DNA from: an uncultured Puniceicoccaceae bacterium
GTDB taxonomy: Bacteria; Verrucomicrobiota; Verrucomicrobiia; Opitutales; Oceanipulchritudinaceae
Direction of reading: 5' to 3'
Assembly (NCBI GenBank): GCA_963933835.1
Contig: CAWVVV010000004.1
Span: forward strand, 128,001 to 192,000
Length of the DNA stretch: 64,000 nucleotides
The translations under genes were made by a program, and so were the position numbers. Shown here piece by piece: positions 56,782 through 64,000 of the stretch. The notes beneath the pieces are model-generated. The model had not been told where the DNA came from. It ran no database searches and saw only the letters and a program-made list of their open reading frames with translations. Within the stretch, counting starts at the first letter, position 1; every line of letters begins with the position of its first letter.

Positions 56782-58998
56782 CTAGGGCTTGGAATTGCCT
56801 TCGTATTTGAAGACCATCGTGGTGTTACCCGGAACAGTGATCTTCAACGATTGGCTGTGGCTATCCCACGGAATCGGTTCCGTTTTAACGCCTCCCATGT
56901 TTCCAACTCCATTGCCACCATAGACGTCGGCATCGGAGTTAATCACTTCGCTCCAGTAACCTTCGAGTGGAACACCAACGGTGTAGCCACTACGGATGGA
57001 TGGGGTGAAATGAGCGACAACGAGGTAAACTTCATTAAACTCGGTGTCTTTACGCAAGAAGGTGAAAACTGAGCTTTCAGAGTTGTTCATTGAGACCCAC
57101 TCAAATCCATCAGCTCTCGTATCGCCCCAAGCAAAGAGGCCTGTGCTGGTGTAGAGCTTATTGAGGTCGCGAACGATCCCTTGAATACCTGAGTGATCCT
57201 TATACTCAAGTAGGTTCCATTGGAGTTGCTGGTTATATTGCCACTCTTCGGGCTGACCAAATTCACAGCCCATGAAGAGCGTCTTTTTGCCAGGCCATAC
57301 CCACATGAGCGCATAGAGTGCGCGAAGCGTCCCAGCCTTTTCGCTGATCGAGCCAGCGGCCATATTCAAGAGGAGCGAGCCTTTACCGTGCACAACCTCA
57401 TCGTGGGAGAAGACCTGGGTGAAGTTCTCCGAGAATTGATAGATTATCCCAAAGGTTAGGTTGTGATGATGGTGCTTCCGGTAAATGGGATCCTTTTGGA
57501 AGTATTGCAGCGTATCGTGCATCCAGCCCATGTTCCACTTGAGGTCGAAACCAAGGCCACCTTCGCTGGTTGGCTTCGTTAGCTTTGGAAAAGAGGTGCT
57601 TTCTTCCGCGATCATCAATGCGCCAGGGTAGTACTGGTGCACAACATCATTGGTCGCTTGGAGGAATGTAATCGCTTCGAGGTTCTCTCGACCACCGTAT
57701 TGATTCGGAACCCATTCGCCAGCTTTCCGCGAGTAATCTCGGTAAAGCATCGAAGCCACCGCATCGACGCGCATGCCATCGATGTGGTAACGTTCAAACC
57801 ACGACAACGCACTCGCAATCAGGAAACAGCGCACTTCGTGGCGCCCAAAGTTTGGAATATAGGTACCCCAGTCGAGGTGGAACCCTTCTCGCGGATCAGC
57901 GTGCTCGTAAAGCGGCGAGCCATCGAACCGAGCGAGCGCAAAGGCGTCGATTGGGAAGTGAGCGGGAACCCAGTCCATGATCACGCCGATGCCTTTTTGG
58001 TGCAGAACGTCGACGAGGTATTGAAAGTCATCGGGTGCTCCAAAGCGGTGGGTCGGGGCGAAATAACCTGTCACCTGATAACCCCAAGAGCCCGAGAACG
58101 GGTGTTCGGCGAGAGGCAGGAACTCCACATGGGTGTAGGCCATCTCAAGTAGGTAGGCCGTCAGCTCATCGGCTGCTTCGCGGTAACTAAGCGGGCGATT
58201 GCCATCTTCTTGGCTAAGCTTCCATGAACCCAAGTGGACCTCGTAAATCGACATGGGCTTGTCGAGCGCCTGACGATTCGCGCGGTCGTCAATCCATGCT
58301 TGGTCATTCCATTCATACTGATCGACGCGCTTCAGAATCGAAGCATTGTGCGGAGGCGATTCAAAGTAAGTCGCATAAGGATCCGTCTTGAGCAGAAGGT
58401 CGCCCGACTCGGTCTTGATCTCAAACTTGTATTTGATCCCTTCGCTGACGCCGGGGATGAAAATCTCCCAAACACCGGAAGAGCCTAGCGAACGCATCGC
58501 ATGGTAGCGGCCATCCCATTGATTAAAGTCACCGACGACAGATACGCGCTTCGCGGTCGGAGCCCAGACGGCAAAACTAGCACCCTGGACGCCTTCATGA
58601 TCACGCAGGTGCCCTCCGAGTTTCTTGTAGATGAAGTGGTCGCTGCCTTCATTGAAGAGAAACAGGTCCTCGTCAGAGAGGGTCGGCAGAAAGCAATACG
58701 GGTCGAAGAATTGGCGCACTTCACCCGATGGGTAGGTGACGCGAAGCCGGTATTTAAACGCCTCTTTGCGATCCGCGATAAAGCCCTCGTAAAGGCCCTT
58801 GTCAGCTAGACGCTTGAGCGGCCAACGTTCATCTGTCTCCACATCGACGACCTCACAAGTGTCGCCTCCACTGATGAGCGCTCGAACAACAACCCCAGCC
58901 TTTTTACCTTGTTTCGCCGGATGCATTCCCAGAACTGCATGAGGGCACCAATGATCGGCGTTAATAAGAGTTTTGATTTCGGAAGATTTTATAATCAC
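56782..58998 (-). CDS. glgB: 1,4-alpha-glucan branching enzyme
   Basis: FAVWAP.A, YEVHLGSW, SWGYQ, DWVPAHFP, RVDAVASMLY, AEEST, SHDEVVHGK. GTG at 58998 chosen. Confidence 0.95.
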   Translation of the reverse strand: MIIKSSEIKTLINADHWCPHAVLGMHPAKQGKKAGVVVRALISGGDTCEVVDVETDERWPLKRLADKGLYEGFIADRKEAFKYRLRVTYPSGEVRQFFDPYCFLPTLSDEDLFLFNEGSDHFIYKKLGGHLRDHEGVQGASFAVWAPTAKRVSVVGDFNQWDGRYHAMRSLGSSGVWEIFIPGVSEGIKYKFEIKTESGDLLLKTDPYATYFESPPHNASILKRVDQYEWNDQAWIDDRANRQALDKPMSIYEVHLGSWKLSQEDGNRPLSYREAADELTAYLLEMAYTHVEFLPLAEHPFSGSWGYQVTGYFAPTHRFGAPDDFQYLVDVLHQKGIGVIMDWVPAHFPIDAFALARFDGSPLYEHADPREGFHLDWGTYIPNFGRHEVRCFLIASALSWFERYHIDGMRVDAVASMLYRDYSRKAGEWVPNQYGGRENLEAITFLQATNDVVHQYYPGALMIAEESTSFPKLTKPTSEGGLGFDLKWNMGWMHDTLQYFQKDPIYRKHHHHNLTFGIIYQFSENFTQVFSHDEVVHGKGSLLLNMAAGSISEKAGTLRALYALMWVWPGKKTLFMGCEFGQPEEWQYNQQLQWNLLEYKDHSGIQGIVRDLNKLYTSTGLFAWGDTRADGFEWVSMNNSESSVFTFLRKDTEFNEVYLVVAHFTPSIRSGYTVGVPLEGYWSEVINSDADVYGGNGVGNMGGVKTEPIPWDSHSQSLKITVPGNTTMVFKYEGNSKP

Positions 58999-59108
58999 AG
59001 CTAAGTGGTTGGAAAGTTCGAAACTATACACGATTCCCCTTCAACGGGAAGAGAAAATCCTATTGATTTGCTAAAGCCTTTCGACTCGCCAAAGCCCTTA
59101 GAGATGAA

Positions 59109-60551
59109 TTGTTTACACAACATCTGATGGCTTCCCTGTCCCGATGTTTACTGATCAGCTTTAGCTGGGCGTTAGCGCGGTCTCCGGACTTCGTCGGCGC
59201 AGGCCTGTGTTCTACTCTCGGCGTGCTTACCTACACCTTCTCGAGCCGCCGCCACGATATCTTGTCGGCCCTCGACCATGCCTTTCCGGAAAAGGACATG
59301 GCCTGGAAACACCGCATTTGCCGCCTGCATTGCACACGCATGTTCGAGATGTTTCTGATTGTCTTGGCGATGCGTCACTGGTCGCCAAAGGAAATGAAGG
59401 AGCGGCTTAAATTCACCCCTAGTTACAGTGCCTTCTTTGATGGACCGGCAAAGGATCGCCCTAGTGTCCTCTTGCTCACACACGCCTCAACGACCGAAGC
59501 CATGGCTGTGCTCCCGGTGACCGGGGCCGGCTTCCCGAAGACGATGGCACTCTACCGCGCGCTCGATAATCCAGCGGCAGAAACTTTCGTGAAAGAATCC
59601 CGCGAATTCGCGGGCAACAGCCTTTATGCACGTCGCGAAGGTCTCCTCAAGGCGAAGAAAGCGCTCCAATCTGGCCGCAACGCCGTCGCCATTCTCTTCG
59701 ATCAAAGCGCAGGACATAGCGGACATCTCAGCCTCCTCTTTGATCGACTCTGCACGACGTCGAATCTAGCCTCCATGCTCACCGCCAAAACGAATGCGAT
59801 CTCCGCCATCTTGTATGTGCGGCGTGACGGTTTTTGGCGGGGAACAATGAGCGTTCGCCAACTCCCAGACACGAACGAACCGGACCGTCTCCTACGCGCT
59901 GCCAACGCTGAGCTCGAGAGCATCCTCCGCGAAAGCGATAGCCAATGCGCCGACTGGTTTTGGGCCCACAAGCGCTGGAAGGCCACCATCCGAAATGAGA
60001 GCATCCTCAATCTCAAAGTCCTCAAAACCTATCTCCCTCAAGAGCTAGAGGCACGCGGGCTCGATAGCCCGCCCCGCACCACTCGGATCGCCCTACGCCT
60101 TGATCCCCGACTCGAGCTCATACCCTTCGCTCAGACAGTGGCCGACTTCATCCGCCACCAGCGTCCCGACGCACAGGTCTGGCTGCTCGCCCCGAGTACC
60201 CTACCGAAAGACCGCCTACCGGCTCACGACGAGATGTTCACTCTGCCCTCAGAAGCAAAGGAACGTAAAGGCGTGCTCAAAGCCATCAACGCCGAGCGTT
60301 TCCCCGATGCCCTCATCTCGCTCGACCCAAATTTGGATGCCGTCAGTGAAGCAAAGCTCTTTCAGTGCGACTTCCGCGGGGGCTTCGCTTATTCGGCCCC
60401 GGCCAAACGCTCCTTCCATGCTCATCTAGTCATCAACTCTGAGGCGTATTTAAAATCTCCCTACAGCGCCATGATTGATTTTCTAGAGAAGCTCGGGATC
60501 TCTCGCTCCGACACCGAAATACACTTCCTCGCACCCCCACCCCTGGCATGA
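59109..60551 (+). CDS. Lipid A acyltransferase (LpxL/HtrB-like) with extra C-terminal domain
   Basis: H....E, YR.LDNP, ILFDQSAG, W.W.HKRWK; coupled to an msbA-like gene. Confidence 0.7.
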   Translation: MFTQHLMASLSRCLLISFSWALARSPDFVGAGLCSTLGVLTYTFSSRRHDILSALDHAFPEKDMAWKHRICRLHCTRMFEMFLIVLAMRHWSPKEMKERLKFTPSYSAFFDGPAKDRPSVLLLTHASTTEAMAVLPVTGAGFPKTMALYRALDNPAAETFVKESREFAGNSLYARREGLLKAKKALQSGRNAVAILFDQSAGHSGHLSLLFDRLCTTSNLASMLTAKTNAISAILYVRRDGFWRGTMSVRQLPDTNEPDRLLRAANAELESILRESDSQCADWFWAHKRWKATIRNESILNLKVLKTYLPQELEARGLDSPPRTTRIALRLDPRLELIPFAQTVADFIRHQRPDAQVWLLAPSTLPKDRLPAHDEMFTLPSEAKERKGVLKAINAERFPDALISLDPNLDAVSEAKLFQCDFRGGFAYSAPAKRSFHAHLVINSEAYLKSPYSAMIDFLEKLGISRSDTEIHFLAPPPLA

Positions 60552-62290
60552 AATACCTCCTCCGATACTGGCCCAACTTAAAAGCCCACCGCGGGCTCCT
60601 CGCGCTGGGAATTGCTGCAGGCGTGATCACCGGGCTATCCAGCGGTTTCGGTGCCCCGTTTTACATGAAGGTCGTTTTTGCCGAAGTCTTTAACGACGCC
60701 GAACGCGGCCGTAGCATTCTTAGCATTGTCCTCGTCGCTCTTCAACTACCGGGAATCTTCCTCATCCGCGGAATCGCCGGTTACTTCAACCAATACTGGA
60801 TGACGCAGTGTGGCATAGAAGTCCTCCGCTCGATACGCCAAAACGTCTTTGATCATGTGCAACGCCTCCCCTTCGGATTCTTCGAGAGTCAGCGTTCGGG
60901 CGATCTCATCTCCCGCCTCGTCTCAGATACTGAACAAGTCCAGAACGCCGTCATCATCGCGGCGCGTGAAGGCATTCGACAGCCGGTCACTGCCATCGCG
61001 GGCGTAGGAGCACTCATCTACCTCTCCTACACAGAGGGAAACGCTGTCTTCCTCCTTCTCCTCCTCCTTCTCACGCCCCTTATTATCCTCCCGGTCTTCT
61101 TCATCGGCCGCCACCTCAAGAAGCGTGGGCGCGAAGTTCAAGTCGCCCTCGGCGAAACAACGCAGACCTTTCATGAAAACCTCCGAGGCATGGTCGAAGT
61201 TCGCGCCTTCAATCTTGAGGAACGTCAGAGCACCCGCTTTCGGTCCGTCCTCTCTGGGCACTTCTACTCCTTCATGAAGATGACCAAATACGACAAGCTC
61301 AACCAGCCCATCATGGAGTTTGTTGCCGTCACGGTCGTCGCCATCTCTTTCGTCTACGCCTACTTCTTTGGCCTCAGTTTCGACGTCTTCCTCTCCTTTG
61401 GCATCGCCCTCTACTTCACTGCCGACGCCGCCAAAAAGACGATGCGTGCGATCAATGATGTGCAAAAGGTCCAAGGCGCCTCCGATCGCCTGAACGAACT
61501 CCTCATCGAGCCCACAGCAGTCGATCAGGCCCCTGCCGACTCCACCGCCGTTTGGCCCGACGTTTCCTCGGGCGAAGTTGACTTTAAGGACATCAGCTTT
61601 GCTTACAGCGAGAAATCCGTTTTCCGAAACCTCAACGTATCGATCAAGCCCGGCACTTTTTGCGCCCTCGTCGGCCCCAGCGGCTCCGGGAAAAGCACCT
61701 TCATCAAACTACTTACTCGCTTCTACGAACCCCAGCACGGGCACATCGAGATCGACGGCGTTTCGCTCCCTAGCGTATCAGCGAAATCACTACGCGATCG
61801 CATAGCCCTCGTTCCACAAAACCCCGTCCTCTTCGATGCCACCGTCGCAGAGAACATCGCCCTCGCCCGTCCCGACGCCACCGCAGAGGAGATCGAAGCG
61901 GCCGCGCGCGCCGCCTATGCCCACGACTTTATCAGCGCTGTTCCTGAAGGCTACGACGCCCAAGTTGGAGAAGACGCCATCCGCCTCTCCGGTGGACAAC
62001 GCCAACGCCTCGCCCTCGCTCGGGCCTTCCTCAAAGACGCTCCTATTCTCATCCTCGACGAAGCCACCTCAGCCCTCGACGCTGAGAGTGAAAAGCGCAT
62101 CCAAGAAGCCCTCATTGAACACGCCCGCGGACGGACTGTCTTTGTCATCGCCCATCGTTTTAGCACGATTCAAAACGCCGACCGCATCCTCCTCTTTGAA
62201 GAAGGCGACATCACCGCAGACGGCACCCTCGACGAAGTCATGCAACACCCGACTTTCGCCAACCTCTACCAACAGCAGCAGCTCGGGTAA
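60548..62290 (+). CDS. MsbA-like ABC exporter
   Basis: TMD plus GPSGSGKST, LSGGQRQR, ILDEATSALD, IAHR. Confidence 0.88.
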   Translation: MKYLLRYWPNLKAHRGLLALGIAAGVITGLSSGFGAPFYMKVVFAEVFNDAERGRSILSIVLVALQLPGIFLIRGIAGYFNQYWMTQCGIEVLRSIRQNVFDHVQRLPFGFFESQRSGDLISRLVSDTEQVQNAVIIAAREGIRQPVTAIAGVGALIYLSYTEGNAVFLLLLLLLTPLIILPVFFIGRHLKKRGREVQVALGETTQTFHENLRGMVEVRAFNLEERQSTRFRSVLSGHFYSFMKMTKYDKLNQPIMEFVAVTVVAISFVYAYFFGLSFDVFLSFGIALYFTADAAKKTMRAINDVQKVQGASDRLNELLIEPTAVDQAPADSTAVWPDVSSGEVDFKDISFAYSEKSVFRNLNVSIKPGTFCALVGPSGSGKSTFIKLLTRFYEPQHGHIEIDGVSLPSVSAKSLRDRIALVPQNPVLFDATVAENIALARPDATAEEIEAAARAAYAHDFISAVPEGYDAQVGEDAIRLSGGQRQRLALARAFLKDAPILILDEATSALDAESEKRIQEALIEHARGRTVFVIAHRFSTIQNADRILLFEEGDITADGTLDEVMQHPTFANLYQQQQLG

Positions 62291-62458
62291 CCGCCTTCAG
62301 TGCTCAATGCTGAAATTCGAGAATCCATATCGTTAACATGCCGATAGGAAGATTTTCATCGGCTACGTTTCGTAGGCGCTAGGATCCGCCATATGGACGC
62401 TAGGAAATAAAGGCGCAGTTTGGAATTTCGACTTGGTGCGCAGAGACGTATTTCAGCC

Positions 62459-63524
62459 TCAGCCGCCCCATGCCTCGATGAGGTGCACCATCAGTTCTCT
62501 TGCGGTTTGGCGTCTTACGAGTGGCACTCCTTGACCTGCGTAGAGCGCCATGCAGTCCGTATTAGATTGTTCTGTCGCCGCCTGTTTGATGGGTGTCGTC
62601 AGCCAGCTATGCGCAGGAAATGGCAATGGTTCTTGAGCCTCGTTTTCGAAAGAATCAATGAACGCGTTGTTGATAAAACGAGCGAGGCGGCCGGTATAGG
62701 CACGAGAGAGTCGCGTATCGCCTTTGGTGTTTTTGCGCAGCTGTTCCTGATGGGTCGAACTAGCGCCAGACTCTTTACAGGCTAGAAATGCGGTGCCTAT
62801 CTGGACTGCGTCAGCTCCTAGTGCTAGCGCAGCTCGCATACCTCGGCCGTCAGTAATCCCTCCTGCCGCTATGATCGGGATTTTCACTTGATCTCTGATG
62901 GCAGGAATCAGGGCGAAGGAACCAACCAACGAATCTTCTGCTCGTTCAATAAATGAAGGGCGATGACCGCCCGCCTCAAACCCTGAAACTAACACAACAT
63001 CAACCCCAGCGGCTTCTACCATGAGCGCCTCTTCGATCGTCGTGGCCGCACCGACAGTCACGATTCCGCGCTGGCGGCATTCAGATAAGATTTCTTTTGA
63101 GGGTATTCCAAATACAAAGCTAAAGACCTTGGGGCGAGCCCGCAGGACTGCCTCAACCTGACGCTCGTAGAGTGCCTTGCTTGACGGAATCCATTCCGGA
63201 GGTGCGACGCTGAGCTTATCATAAAGGCTCCGGTAACCGGCGGCTCGTTGGCTAAATTCCTTCTGGCTAAGGTCACGCATCGAGGCGTCATAATCAGACA
63301 CCCACAGATTGATAGCGAAGGGCTGCGTCGTGTGTGTTCGCATTTCCTCACAAAGTCGCTCGATCGGCTTCCGGCTCCAGCATATGGGCACCGTATGAGC
63401 CGAGGCCTCCCAAATTGGATACGGTTGAAGCAAGTTCAATGGTGGACAGGCCACCGCCGAACGGACCTTGGATAATTGGATATTGAATACCCAGTAACGT
63501 GCTCACTTCACTATCAATGTTCAT
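62459..63524 (-). pseudogene. Nitronate monooxygenase family protein, frameshifted
   Basis: MNIDSEVSTLLGIQYPIIQGPFGGG...GGLGSYG from 63524 shifts near 63366 into EAGGHR, AAGGITDG, VQIGTAFL. Confidence 0.75.
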
Positions 63525-63543
63525 AGCTCAATGTCCCCTTGGA

Positions 63544-63999
63544 TTAGGCTGCACCACCAAAGCTGCAGTAGTCGTCTAGATCTAAGATGTCGGCCCAACT
63601 GCTAACATCGCCACGGTTCTTATTATGGCTGGCCAGTACTTCTAGGAAATACACGCCTGAGTCAGTATGTGGCTCCGGCGCACGATGCCCCTGATAGCTC
63701 GACCATTGTTCAATCTCCCAGGGAGTCTGGCTGACCGTTGTATTTTCCTTAATCCAATCAAGGAGTTCGCCATCGGACATCCCGGCTGAAACATGCTTCC
63801 GAAGTGCATCGTAATCGATTCCCGTGTAATCGAGAAATTCTCGGTCGATGGTACAATTCGTATGGTATTCGCCGATAAGGCCGGCGATATCAGCCCGGCA
63901 CTTGTCCAGCAAGCGCGGCAGGATGGCGTAACCCCCATGACGGACACGAGGGCTGCGAGGTGGGTTAGCGTTTAGGTTAGGCGCCTTGAAGGCTGTATT
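63544..63999 (-). CDS. DUF5069-like protein, 5'-partial
   Basis: PPRSPRVRHGGYAILPRLLDKCRA...GEYH.NC..D..FL; frame is open to the window edge. Confidence 0.75.
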   Translation of the reverse strand, partial: NTAFKAPNLNANPPRSPRVRHGGYAILPRLLDKCRADIAGLIGEYHTNCTIDREFLDYTGIDYDALRKHVSAGMSDGELLDWIKENTTVSQTPWEIEQWSSYQGHRAPEPHTDSGVYFLEVLASHNKNRGDVSSWADILDLDDYCSFGGAA

Positions 64000-64000
64000 T

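Overview
64 kb of bacterial chromosome, most likely Verrucomicrobiota (Opitutales-like). This is inferred from protein character, a PEP-CTERM motif and gene order, not from a database search. Intact core genes include cimA, surE, ndk, hisA, hemA/ccsA-like/hemH, a six-gene folate operon, malQ, prs-lpxD-skp-bamA-dnaB-rplI-ssb-rpsF-pth-rplY, pyc, engB, glgB and an lpxL-like/msbA-like pair, plus tRNA-Ser(TGA) and tRNA-Asn(GTT). Four signals are not explained by the gene list. (1) Five intergenic, same-polarity modular palindromic repeat clusters lie between 41.8 and 49.3 kb, each separating single genes, with a nested 20-bp element, an abutting GIY-YIG nuclease, and a 134/136-bp direct repeat bracketing a secreted PD-(D/E)XK-like gene. 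(2) A tRNA-Asn / GIY-YIG / pseudo-tRNA unit in which parts of the tRNA copy are replaced by two TCCCG..CGGGA hairpins. (3) A dif-like XerCD site at 26291-26318. (4) About eleven accessory genes carry nonsense, frameshift or deletion lesions while the core genes are intact. All family assignments are from motif recognition by eye.
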